Assembly (NCBI GenBank): GCA_013239625.1
Contig: MU056000.1
Span: 11,731,175 to 11,795,174 of the forward strand
Length of the DNA: 64,000 nucleotides
Direction: 5' to 3'
From: Lama guanicoe
Taxonomy: Eukaryota
Below, one piece after another: positions 40,801 to 53,476 of the stretch. Numbering within the stretch: the stretch's first letter is position 1; the number at the start of each line of letters is the position of its first letter. Under the pieces are notes generated by a model, which was given only the letters and a program-made list of their open reading frames with translations, had not been told where the DNA came from and made no database searches. The position numbers and the translations under genes were made by a program.

Positions 40801-41351
40801 AAAACACCGCATGAGTCGTTTATAGAGGAATCAGAGTCCTTAGGAAATGAGTTTCAGTTGGAACAAGAAGGTCAAAGATTGTGTAGAAAAGCTGTTAAAA
40901 ATATGGGATTTTGCTGATGGCAGACCATTAATTAATGCCAGTGGGCAGAAGATTCAGAGAACTGTGTGAATGGTTGGATTTGAGAATGAACAGGAATTAG
41001 TGCCTGCTAAGGATGGATGACCTGGGAAATTTGGGTCCCTGGTGACTTGAGAAGCATGATAATTAGACCTGCTGCTCCCACAAAGAATAGGGATGATCTG
41101 GCCTATTTCTCAGCTCCCTCTTGGGCTTGGTCCCTTGGCGTTCTAGGGGTGGTAGAGTGGTATCACTGTGTGGAGGGCATCCTTGTGTGTTCTTACCATG
41201 AACACAAGCAATTCATGGTGTGGTGAAGGACAAATGCATAGAGAATTTTTATGATCTACAATTGGCCTCCAGGCTGTATTTTAAGATGTGCTGTTCAGGT
41301 TGGTGAGTTTTTTGGGTTTTTTGTTTGTTTGTTTTTCACATATTTGCTTGT

Positions 41352-41802
41352 TATAGAGGATTGAATAGTGTCCCCAACCAAAATTCATGCCCATGCTCAG
41401 AATGTAACCTTATTTAGAAAAAGGGTATTTGCAGATGTAACTAGTAAAGAATCTTGAGACGAAAGGATCCTAGATTTTGGATGAGCCCTAAATCCAAAGA
41501 TTAGCATCCTTATAAGAAGAGAGGACACGGGGACACAAAGAGAAGAAGACAATGAGGAGTTGGAGACGGAGATAGGAGTAATGCATCTACAACATAAGGT
41601 GCACCAAAGGTCGCCAGCAGCCACCAGAGAGCAGGAGAGAAGCAGGGCATGGTTTCTCCCACAGATCCACCAGCAGGAACCAACCCTGTCAACATCCAGA
41701 TTTTGGACTCTGGCTTCCTAAGTTGTAAAAGAATAAATTTCTGTTGCTTTAAACCACTCAGTCAGCGCTAATTTTTTTACTGCAGCCCTAGAAACTGATA
41801 CA
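41352..41802 (+). mobile_element. MaLR solo LTR (MLT1C-like), full length
   Basis: ggattgaatagtgtcccc...aataaatttctgttgctttaaacca...gcagccctagaaactgataca. 5-bp TSD cttgt/cttga. Confidence 0.85.
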
Positions 41803-41910
41803 CTTGATAATAAGCTTACTGGGGAAAGAGACTAAGGCTCCAGAGTTTAATTCTATCTGAGAGTCACCCCTGGTGCTTGGCATGTCACCAGCAGTTAATA
41901 AATGTATCTT

Positions 41911-42224
41911 AACAAAAACAAAAACAAAAAAAAAGCATAAATACAAAACAGAAATAGACTCATAGACATAGAACACAAACTTGTGGTTGCCAAGGGGGCG
42001 GAGGGTGGGAAGGGATAAACGGGATTTCAGAATTGCAGAATAGATAAACAAGATTATACTGTACAGCACAGGGAAATATACACCAGATCTTACGGTAGCT
42101 CACAGAGGAAAAAATGCGACAATGAATATATATATGTTCATGAATAACTGAAAAACTGTGCTCTACACTGGAATTTGACACAACATTGTAAAATGATTAT
42201 GAATCAATAAAAATGTTTTAAAAA
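41911..42224 (+). mobile_element. Young L1 3' UTR (~310 bp) inserted in an L2 tail
   Basis: ctctacactggaatttgacacaacattgtaaaatgattat plus A tail. TSD aatgtatctt (41901-41910) / aaagtatctt (42225-42234). Confidence 0.88.
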
Positions 42225-43643
42225 AAAGTATCTTGAGTTAACCCAACCACTCAAGTCTATGGGTGCAAAATTTCTCAGACCTTAAACTGTCCCTATAAAG
42301 AAAAATTCAAGGAGCCACTTAAAGGCATTTCCGTACTCTAATACACCTTATGTGAGTGACACAAAAGGTGAGCAACGTGGTTTCAACCACGTGGACACAT
42401 GAAGATAAATCCCTTAATTTACCCCATTTCTCCCAATTAGTGTTTGTAGAGCTAGAAAGACTGCATGTATTTCTCTCAATGGCTGTTCTATTGAGGTCAA
42501 GCCCTCTTATTACATGCAGAAAGGCAAGTTCAGGAATTCTATTAGAGTTCTGAAAAATGTTAACGGCTATCCAACTGAGCATTTTTACCAAGTTCATTTG
42601 TACCTTAGAAAAGTAGAACACAGCCATAGTAGTGGTGTTAAGCTGAGTATTGACAAAGCCATTTTCTACCAAATGACCCCTTGAATCTCACTCTCCAGAC
42701 TGGGAAATGGCAGCAGTAGTAGGTTGACAGCTGGACTACATTCTCTTGAATTAAAGTGAGGCTTTTTACCAAAATGACATTGTTCACTCATAGAACTTTA
42801 ACGCCATGAACAAATTATTTAGAAGATTTTTTTTATCGGCTGTCTAACCATGTTCTTTCCTCACTGCAGAAAGGCACAAAAGGAAATGTAATGTACTCTT
42901 GTAGGTGGAAGAGGAGACCTGGGGGGCATCAGTCATTGCTTAACCCAAAAAGGCTTCAGGGGAAATAAAGCTGAACGATTTAAAAGGAGTGAGACAAAGA
43001 ATGCTTCAGCCACCGGGATGACGGAAAAGCCCTTATCCTCCCCCCAGCCTCATCCAGGCGTGAGTGTGGACATAGGCTCTCCATCCTAGCATGTCCCCAC
43101 CTGCCACCCTATGCCTGTTATTTTTCATTTTGAGGACAGAGGGAAAAACAAAAAGAAGGGAACGGTAACATACTCAGAGGACAGTGGAAAATGGGGAGCT
43201 AGAAAGAGACGGGGGTAAGATATACTTTTGCTTGAAGTAAAGCAATATAATAACAGTTGCTAAGAGAAAGCAATGCAGAGTTTTCTTTATTTCTCCCCCT
43301 CTATCTCCACCTCAAAGACTGAATATACTTAATAATACACACAGTCATAATTGTCTGTGGTACTTAATTATCTTTTGTCATAGGCAGTTGTATGGTGATT
43401 TTTAACTCCTTAGAAAACTTTAAATAAATATAGACTATTAACTTCCTAAATATTGAATTAGTTGAAAGTTCCAGGATTTCATTAGGGACTTTAGACTAAA
43501 TATATTAAATTAACATTAAAGAAAAATCCTATTACTTGATATTAAGAATCTTCTTTAAAAAATGACACTTGAAATATTTTCCCGGATAACTTAAGTGGAC
43601 TATCTTTATAAGAACACATAATTTGTGTTTGTTGAGTATGAAG

Positions 43644-43790
43644 AGAACATACAGTGGAGTAAAAACTGTCTCTTCAGCAAATGGTGTTGGGAAAACTGGA
43701 CAGCTGAATGGAAATCAATGACGTTAGAGCACTCCCTCACCCCATACACACAAACTCAAAATGGCTTAAAGACTTAAATATAAGACAAGA
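43644..43790 (+). mobile_element. Isolated internal L1 ORF2 fragment
   Basis: tctcttcagcaaatggtgttgggaaaactggacagct (LFSKWCWENWTA) ... aactcaaaatggcttaaagacttaaatataagac. Confidence 0.8.
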
Positions 43791-43904
43791 AGAAGACATG
43801 CTGTGTCCTCTCTCACCTTCATGCTCCCCCTTGGAGATAACACTGTCAAAGATATAAAAGTGACAAACTCTGCCCCATCTTTTAGATCCAGTCAAGATGT
43901 CACC

Positions 43905-44099
43905 CAGAGGTGTGACTCACCCAGGCTCTCGCAGCTGACTGCGCACATCTCTTTGCAGCCTCGCGGTCAGTGACTTCATAGTTGTGGCCTACAATCAGCC
44001 ATGGTGGGAAATCAGAAATCAGCAGCGCTACAAATCAAGGTGTTTTTTTTTTTCCTTTTTTCTGAGAGCCGATTGTTACCATTTATCAGCCCACCATGG
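43905..44099. mobile_element. MER63A-like hAT MITE
   Basis: gactgcgcacatctctt...aatcagccatggtggga...gctacaaatcaagg...gagagccgattgtta...atttatcagcccacca. Confidence 0.7.
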
Positions 44100-44397
44100 A
44101 TACAACCTCATTTGTGAAGACCTGAGGGAACCAGGCAGAACCTGAGTACTAACGGAGAGAGATTTTAGCCCGTGGAACCAAACAATCCTGAAGTCTCAAG
44201 GGCTTATCAGAACAGAGGTTTATTCTCACATGAGCAGAGTCTGCTGCCAATCTGAGTGATAACTGCATTCCACGTGGAGACTCCGAGACCCAGGCTTGCA
44301 GAGGCTCCACATCCTGTGGCTGCACCCTCTAGGGCACACTGCCTGTGCTGCAGGGAAGCAGAGCATGAGACACTCACCTGGAAATAAAATGCTTCAG

Positions 44398-44815
44398 CGT
44401 ATTAGCTTCCTACTGCTGCTGTGACAAGTTACCACAATCTCGGTGGTTTAAAGCAATACATATCTATTCTTTTATAGTTCTGGAGGGCTTCTTGGGTTAA
44501 AATCAAGGGGTTGGCAGGACTATGCTCCTTCTGGAGGCTCTAAGGAAAAACTCACACCTTTTCTAGCTTCTAGCTGCTACCTACATTCCTTGGCTTACAA
44601 CATTTTTCTCTGTCTTCAAAGCCACCAGATATATCCTTCAAATCTTTTAACAACCCTGTGATTCCACAGTCTGCCTGGGCAATGAATGATAACCTGCCTT
44701 AAGAGTCTTACCCAGATTTCACCTGCAAAGTCCCTTCTTCCATTTAAGGTAATTTATTCAAAGGTTCCAGAGATGAGAATGTGGACAACTTCAGGGGAAC
44801 ACTACTCTGCCTGAC
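44398..44815 (-). mobile_element. MaLR solo LTR (MLT1D-like)
   Basis: gtattagcttcctactgctgctgtgacaagttaccaca...cacctgcaaagtccctt...ctactctgcct. Confidence 0.75.
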
Positions 44816-46764
44816 TTAATGAGGTTGAACATAGTGGAGTGGTCCTACTTCCTCAAGAAAAAATAAATAAACATTTTCACAGTCTTTGAAAAGCCTGGAG
44901 TTACCATTATTCGTTCATTCTCCATCCCAGGTCTTAAAATATTTGTGTGTGTGTACATGTATACATACAATACCAATACATACATGTGATTCCTCTTCAT
45001 ATTTGCTTCTTTAAGAATCATTCTCAGATGATATTTGGGGGGGAAATCCTTCAACTTCCTGGTAGGAGTAGAGAGGAGATGGAGTCTCCAAACATTTCTA
45101 TGAAAGAATTGTGTCTCTCTAGTGATCCCTTATGGTTCAATTTTATAAGGGATGCACACTGGAACTTAAGATCAAGAGTAAATATTGTCATAAGTTCTGT
45201 GCATTCATTGTCCAGCAAGTTGCAAGGCCTCCTTTTCTTGGCTAGTGACTCCTGTGATCATTAATAATCAATCCCTTACAGTAATTTTCACATCTATAGT
45301 TCAGAGGGATCTCTGTGTTGCTCTCTAAAAGAATTTAATGGTATTAAAAAAGCCTATGTTTTTCTTGCTTCCTTCTTTCCTTCCTCTCTTTCTAATGACA
45401 AACAAGATTAAAAATCTCCAGAATTTTGAAGCCCTCTACTAGGAAACCTGATTTAAGAAAAGTAAATATATTTTAACCCAATTTGGTTGATAAAATGTGA
45501 AAATTTGCCTTCCAGTCATAACCTTTAGAAATGATTTTTCTTTTGTTCAAAAGGTACAAATTAAAAACAAACGTAAAATCTTACAATGTAAATGTGGTCA
45601 CTGGTAGAATTCCTGATGAATTAGAAATAGTCAAAAACCATTGCATTTGATATATTAAACTGAGCGATACACTACCTAATCTGATAGTACTTAGAAGACA
45701 CAGGCTTCACAGCCTCTAAGTTTGCATTTGGCCAATTGCAGACATCTATTTGGGTAAAAACATGAATACTAAAGCATTTCCCCCAGACAATTGTATTACA
45801 TGGTCCAAAGCATGGTGGTTACTTTCTTCTAACATTACGCTTTCTTCTGAGGCTTTCTCTTTTCCCATTACTATCTTTAAAGTGAGAAAGAAGAACGCAC
45901 ACCATTAAATTCGCATGGAAAGCCTGAATCAAAGAATAATAAATCTCTGTTCTTAAGGTTCAGAGTGAACAACTCTCTTTGGCAATTACCCCAGTTACTA
46001 CAGTGGGAAATGCAAAAGTCTCCGGAAGCTTAATTACTCTCCACGTTTACTCTGATCTCTTCCTAGTAGCCTGCATCTCTGCCTTAATTCATAGCTAGTC
46101 GAGGTCAGAGTCAGGGTTAACAGCCTGCAGCTCAACATGCATTAAGTCATTCACTGATCATTAAAACATCCTGAAAGAGCTTTGTGCTGAAGTTTTAATA
46201 GCAGCAATATATGGAGATTTGCTGTTCTCAAATATTAATAATGTTCTTTTACGACAGTAAGAAAGTGTGTGCATCCAACAGGTAACATTAATCCTGATGA
46301 TGAATTTTGCTCTCAGTGTAAATTCAAAAACAGATTTCTAGGAAAACTTCCGGAAAGGTGAAATTTCACACATGAGAACTTTCTGACCAGTAGCTTATGC
46401 CGCAATTTCAGGATCAGTTAAGTTCTCTTGCTGATAGAGCCAAGGACGAGAAAGTGCCCTGGAGCTGGCCTGGAAGATCCCTCTAGTCCTGGTACCCTCT
46501 TCTGATCCTTCCTACAGACATTAATTGAGCACCTGCAATGGACTGAGGATACAGTAGTGAACAAGACAGATATTACCTTGTTGAATTTCAGCCACCCAGA
46601 AATACTCCTTGGAGAATGGTCAAAAAGAATCCCGTAGGTCTATGTACATGATCAATGATGGGTTTCAAAACAATCACAAAGGTTTTGTATGTGTAGCTAT
46701 TTGTATAACTTTAAAAGTATAAAACAGTACCATAGACAGTCTCTTAGTACATACATGAGTCTTC

Positions 46765-47387
46765 TGTTAGAGGGAAAAAAACCCAGTGGACTTCCACCTG
46801 AGAGAGGAAAACCTCAGGCCTCCCGCCTGTGTACCACTTTTACTACCCACACAGAACACTTCACTTCTGATACTTCTGGGCACCAAATGTGTGCGGATTC
46901 TTCCCTCACCAAACAGTTCTGTAACATCAGCTGGGTGTCCTACAATGTAACTCAGTCCTGATGCTATTTACCTGGAGGTGGCATCAAATCCCACATTCTC
47001 AGTCACGTGACTGACCGCCACCTCAGATGCCGATCGCAAGCAGTAGGTCCGCAGGTTACCTACATCTGTCTGATTTGGCTAAAAACCAGAAGTTCTCATG
47101 ACCTCTTCCTCCTTGGATTCAATTATTTGCTAGAACAGCTCACTGAACTCAGAGACACATGTATTTAACATTTACCGGTTTATGAAAGGATATAATAAAG
47201 ACAAAGATAAACAGCCAGTTGAAGAGAAACATGAGACAAGGTCTGGGAGGGTCTCGAGTGAAGGAGCTTGTGTCCCAGCGGAGGTCAGGTGCATCACCTT
47301 CTCAGTACATGGATGTGTTCACCAACCTGGAAGCTTTCTGATTCTAGTACTATTGGAATTTTTGTCATGGCTTTGTCATGTAAGCAT
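46765..47387 (-). mobile_element. MER21-like LTR, cut by the provirus at 47388
   Basis: cagctgggtgtcctacaat...atttgctagaacagctcactgaactcag...tgttcaccaacctggaagct; breaks at catgtaagcat. Confidence 0.7.
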
Positions 47388-47929
47388 TGTCAGGGAGGGA
47401 GAAATCTCTCCCTTTATCCCTCTTGAGTTCTTGTGGCTGGATTAACAATAAAATTGACCCAGAACAGATTAACAGAAGAAAAAGGAACAAACTTCAATGT
47501 GTAGATATGAAAGTCTCATTGAAATGAGACCTACAAAGTGGCCAAAGCAGGCATCTTTTATACTTTTTAAACAAAGAAACAATAAATCTATGAGGAATTA
47601 ACAGGACAAAGAAACTTAGGTATTAGGTGCTTAATCAGTGAAGAATATACACAGTTTGGGCTTGGAGTAGTAGATTTTAAAAGTGACAAGGTCTGTTTGT
47701 ACAGCCTTCTTGGCCCCACATTCTCTATCTCTGGCTGTAAGGGTGTCCTTCTACTCCAGATGCACGGAGTGCACCTTACACATGGAAGATTTATTTTCTG
47801 CTTTCAGAGAGACAGAGAGGAGGGTCAAAGTGTCCCTCGTACCTCAGCCTTTTCTTAAGTAACTTTAGTTCAAGATAATCAATATGTTACTGAGGCATAT
47901 TTGGAGGCATCCTGCCCTGGGACCCAACA
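47388..47929 (-). mobile_element. 3' LTR of the provirus, complete (TG...CA)
   Basis: tgtcagggag ... gggacccaaca, followed by gttaccccct (reverse complement agggggtaac, PPT-like). Confidence 0.8.
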
Positions 47930-48656
47930 GTTACCCCCCTGAGACTTCCCTGCAAGTGTCACGTGTTAAAAGTTGAACTGGTAGATTGTTTCATCTCACT
48001 GAAGCAGTCTCTTAGTCTTGACAACAGGTCCATTTATTTAAACTCATTTCAGGAGGTGGTGATGCAGGTCAGCTCCCGAAGTCAGGTCTCCATTATGCAA
48101 GCAATCAGGTATTTAATAAGAGGTGTTTCTATGGAAACAGAAGGAAAAATAAAGATTAATGATTGGAGCAGATTGTCATCCGGTGTCTGAGCCCAGGGGC
48201 AGTCAGTCAATAAGATTTCTGAAAGATGTCGGGTTGACACATCTTTTGCAGTTTGAAAAGTCTCTGATGATGTCATCAGATGTTCAGGTAAACTTCTTGA
48301 GTGGCCTATACAGCAACAGACATGAAGCTTGCTTAAATATGAGCTGCTGGGGCAATTTCTCTGAAGTTTATGTCAAGTCACCTAGCTTCAGTTTGTAGGG
48401 TTTCAGGAAAAGGGGCACTTTTTGTTCTCAATGATTCCAAGTCAAAAGGGTGGGAGAAAATTGAAAATGTTTGGAGATTCATGGCCAGATATCAGAGGAA
48501 ACTAAAAACATTAATGATCCAGTTTAGTTTTTAGGTAAATAACTAAACCTCAAGGAAAATTAATAGCATTAAAATCTAATATCCACAAGTGTGTGTTACA
48601 GTTTCTACTGAAGCATAATTTTTCTCTCTAAAATCACTGGCATTTTTACCAAAGAC

Positions 48657-49936
48657 AGCCAAATTAAGACTAATTTGTTGGCAAAACAAGTCTACTTTCA
48701 ATAAACTTGGCCTGATTGTTTACATAGGTTTAACAAGAATAGTACTTGATCACAGAGGCTCTTTTAAATTTGTTTTGCTGGAATTTGTCATAAGGAACCT
48801 CCAGACTGAACATTTAATAGCCTCTTGAGGCTAAGAAGCCAAGGTAAATATTTGCCATGAGACTTGGCGTACAAAACCTACAGATTTGGGTGAATTCCTT
48901 TCTCCTTAGGGTCTCCGAAATATCCTGAGGTGACTGTGCCTGCCAGGAAGTGACCTTCCTTACTCATCTGATAAGGCTGCTAGGGACCCTGTAAGCGAGA
49001 AACCAGACGGTTTTCCCAAGGGGCTTTATTGGCTTCATACAATCAACCTTAGTTCCTTAAAACTGTCTGGTCATATCTGAGTCTATGTCTGTCTCTCTCA
49101 AATATAACGTTCCAGGAAAGGCTTGTTAATACAATCAATGTTTTCAGTTGTGTCCTGTTCTAAGGAGGACAGATTCTTTTTGCGTTTATACAAATCATTT
49201 GCAAGAACTTACACAAGAGCAGTCACTGAGAGTTTCTGAATTCCGGAGGGCTCAGGTAGAGAGAAAAAGATAAATGTTCCAATTCTGTTTACAAAATAGC
49301 CAAATTAAGACTAATTTGTTGGCAGAATAAGTCTACTTTCAATAAACTTGGCCTGATTATTTACATAGGTTTAACAAGAATAGTACTTGATCACAGAGGC
49401 TCTTTTAAATTTGTTTTGCTGGAATTTGTCATAAGGAACCTCCAGACTGAACATTTAATAGCCTCTTGAGGCTAAGAAGCCAAGGTAAATATTTGCCATG
49501 AGACTTGGCGTACAAAACCTACAGATTTGGGTGAATTCCTTTCTCCTTAGGGTCTCCGAAATATCCTGAGGTGACTGTGCCTGCCAGGAAGTGACCTTCC
49601 TTACTCATCTGATAAGGCTGCTAGGGACCCTGTAAGCGAGAAACCAGACGGTTTTCCCAAGGGGCTTTATTGGCTTCATACAATCAACCTTAGTTCCTTA
49701 AAACTGTCTGGTCATATCTGAGTCTATGTCTGTCTCTCTCAAATATAACGTTCCAGGAAAGGTTTGTTAATACAATCAATGTTTTCAGTTGTGTCCTGTT
49801 CTAAGGAGGATAGATTCTTTTTGCGTTTATACAAATCATTTGCAGGAACTTACACAAGAGCAGTCACTGAGAGTTTCTGAATTCCAGAGGGCTCAGGTAG
49901 AGAGAAAAAGATAAATGTTCCAATTCTGTTTACAAA
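48657..49936. repeat. Tandem duplication with 641-bp period
   Basis: 48657-49295 recurs at 49298-49936; about 7 substitutions seen by eye. Confidence 0.95.
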
Positions 49937-50980
49937 TATAACTTATCAAATTGCTCTAAGGCATAATTAGCTTAAGAGACAAGAGGAAAAGCTTTCCTTA
50001 AATCTGGAGAAACAAAACATTTTAAAAAATCAGCATTGTTTTTCTGAAAAATTAATCATCTTCCTCAGTTCATTTAGTCCTATTTAATTAATTCTTGTTC
50101 TTCTTGATCATTTGTTGGAAGTTTTATAAAGCTTCTCATTTTTTTCATTAGGGTTCTGTAAATTCTTACCCAATTCAGTGGTATGATTTGAAAGTTACTG
50201 GCAACTTGTATTCCAGAATAGTCGTTAGATTAATTTCCATTAATTTCTCTGGGAATAAAACACATTTGCAGGAAGCTTTTGCAAAAGCATCTGAGTGAAA
50301 TAATAAAAGCCTGTAAATGAGGAGACTTAAAAATTTGCATTGTTAAAGATCTGATTCATGATAGTGGAACTGACAAAAAATTTGGTTATCTCTGTGACAC
50401 ACAACATTTTAAGATAATAACTAGAATTATGACTTATTATACTAAATTTTAGGAATTTCAAGTAATTTCTAAAATATTTATATTAAAAAAATTTACCTAA
50501 AAAATATAACCTAAGATTTATTGTAATTTATTTGATGTTTCCCATATAATTTAATATATCAAATAAGTTTAGTTTATTAAATATTTCTCTTTTATAAAGA
50601 GAGAAAGCAAATCTTCTGAGGGCTCCAGGGTCCCTCTGAAAAACCCTTATGTTATTTCTAGGTCAATAAGACTTTATTTAGATTTGATTTGGAGGAAGTT
50701 TGTCAAAAATATCAACAAGATTTTAAAACATATAGTCAAATAAGACCATAGGCCATTGTGAAAAAATACTTAGTTACCCATTTAATTACAATGACAAAAA
50801 CTTTACAGGCAAATACAGAAAATTAAATAGCTGTTAAAAGCCTTATCTCTTTCAATATTGAAGATTCAGGGTGTTTTTTCTTCTAGGTAAATGAAACACA
50901 AAACACAAATAAAGACAAAATAGAGATTTTTTTGTTTTTCTGGGCAGATTACATTAAAGGTAAAAAACAAACTCTTTGTG

Positions 50981-51645
50981 AAAATAGATTTACCATATGA
51001 TCCAGCAATCCCACTCCTGGGTATATATCCAGAGGGATCCTTAATTCAAAAAACACCTACACCCCCAATGTTCATAGCAGCACTATTTACAATAGCCAAG
51101 ACATGGAAACAGCCTAAATCTCCATTGACAGATGACTGGATAAAGTAGATGTGGTATATTTATACAGTGGAATAGTACTCAGCCATAAAAACTGACAACA
51201 TAACGCCATTTGTAGCAACATGAATGCTCCTGGAGAATGTCATTCTAAGTGAAGTAAGCCAGAGAGAGAAAGAAAAATACCATATGATATCACTCATATG
51301 TGGAACCAAAAAAAAAGAAAAAGAAAAAGAAAAAGACAAATGAACTTGTATAGAAAACAGAAACAGACTCATAAACAGAGAAAACAAACTTATGGTTACC
51401 AGTGGGGAGAGGGTGGGAAGGGATAAATTGGGAGTTTGAGATTTGCAGATACTGACTGGTATATATAAAATAGACAAACAAGTTTCTACTGTATAGCAAA
51501 GGGAACTATAGTCATATCTTATAGTAGCTTATGGTGAAAAAGAGTATGAAAACAAATATATGTATGTTCATGTATGACTGAAACATTGTGTTGTATGCCA
51601 GAAATTGACACAACATTGTAAACTGACTATACTTCAATAAAAATA
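50981..51645 (+). mobile_element. Young L1 3' end inside the provirus (copy A)
   Basis: aaaatagatttaccatatgatccagc...aaactgactatacttcaataaaa. Degenerate TSD aacaaactctttgt / aataaagtctttgt. Confidence 0.9.
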
Positions 51646-52740
51646 ATAAAGTCTTTGTTTACAATTTCTCATTAAGAGCATATCTGAGTGTCCATTAACA
51701 GATGAATGGATAAAGAAGATGTGGTATATGTACACAATGGAATACTGCTCAGCCATAAAAAAAGAACAGAATTTTGTCATTTGCAACAATATGGACGGAC
51801 CTGGAGGGTATAATGCTAAGTGAAATAAGTCAGACAGAGAAAGGCAAATACTGTCTGTTATCACTTATATGTGGAATCTAAGAAATAAAACAGATGAATA
51901 AATATAACATAATAGAAACAGATCCACAGATACAGAGAACAAAATTTGTTAATACAATCAATGTTTTCAGTTGTGTCCTGTTCTAAGGAGGATAGATTCT
52001 TTTTGCGTTTATACAAATCATTTGCAGGAACTTACACAAGAGCAGTCACTGAGAGTTTCTGAATTCCAGAGGGCTCAGGTAGAGAGAAAAAGATAAATGT
52101 TCCAATTCTGTTTACAAATATAACTTATCAAATTGCTCTAAGGCATAATTAGCTTAAGAGACAAGAGGAAAAGCTTTCCTTAAATCTGGAGAAACAAAAC
52201 ATTTTAAAAAATCAGCATTGTTTTTCTGAAAAATTAATCATCTTCCTCAGTTCATTTAGTCCTATTTAATTAATTCTTGTTCTTCTTGATCATTTGTTGG
52301 AAGTTTTATAAAGCTTCTCATTTTTTTCATTAGGGTTCTGTAAATTCTTACCCAATTCAGTGGTATGATTTGAAAGTTACTGGTAACTTGTATTCCAGAA
52401 TAGTCGTTAGATTAATTTCCATTAATTTCTCTGGGAATAAAACACATTTGCAGGAAGCTTTTGCAAAAGCATCTGAGTGAAATAATAAAAGCCTGTAAAT
52501 GAGGAGACTTAAAAATTTGCATTGTTAAAGATCTGATTCATTATAGTGGAACTGACAAAAAATTTGGTTATCTCTGTGACACACAACATTTTAAGATAAT
52601 AACTAGAATTATGACTTATTATACTAAATTTTAGGAATTTCAAGTAATTTCTAAAATATTTATATTAAAAAGATTTACCTAAAAAATATAACCTAAGATT
52701 TATTGTAATTTATTTGACGTTTCCCATATAATTTAATATA

Positions 52741-53393
52741 AAAATAGATTTACCATATGATCCAGCAATCCCACTCCTGGGTATATATCCAGAGGGATCC
52801 TTAATTCAAAAAACACCTACACCCCCAATGTTCATAGCAGCACTATTTACAATAGCCAAGACATGGAAACAGCCTAAATCTCCATTGACAGATGACTGGA
52901 TAAAGTAGATGTGGTATATTTATACAGTGGAATAGTACTCAGCCATAAAAACTGACAACATAACGCCATTTGTAGCAACATGAATGCTCCTGGAGAATGT
53001 CATTCTAAGTGAAGTAAGCCAGAGAGAGAAAGAAAAATACCATATGATATCACTCATATGTGGAACCAAAAAAAAAGAAAAAGAAAAAGAAAAAGACAAA
53101 TGAACTTGTATAGAAAACAGAAACAGACTCATAAACAGAGAAAACAAACTTATGGTTACCAGTGGGGAGAGGGTGGGAAGGGATAAATTGGGAGTTTGAG
53201 ATTTGCAGATACTGACTGGTATATATAAAATAGACAAACAAGTTTCTACTGTATAGCAAAGGGAACTATAGTCATATCTTATAGTAGCTTATGGTGAAAA
53301 AGAGTATGAAAACAAATATATGTATGTTCATGTATGACTGAAACATTGTGTTGTATGCCAGAAATTGACACAACATTGTAAACTGACTATACT
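52741..53393 (+). mobile_element. Duplicate of the L1 at 50981 (copy B)
   Basis: Appears identical to 50981-51633; the tail is replaced by an AT-only patch. Confidence 0.9.
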
Positions 53394-53476
53394 ATATATT
53401 ATAAAAATATTTTTTATATATTTTTTATATATTATAAAAATAATAAAGTCTTTGTTTACAATTTCTCATTAAGAGC

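Noticed and set aside
42375..42392. Inverted repeat acgtggtt-tc-aaccacgt with two ACGTG cores
   Set aside because: An 8-bp stem is expected by chance in 64 kb and there is no supporting context.
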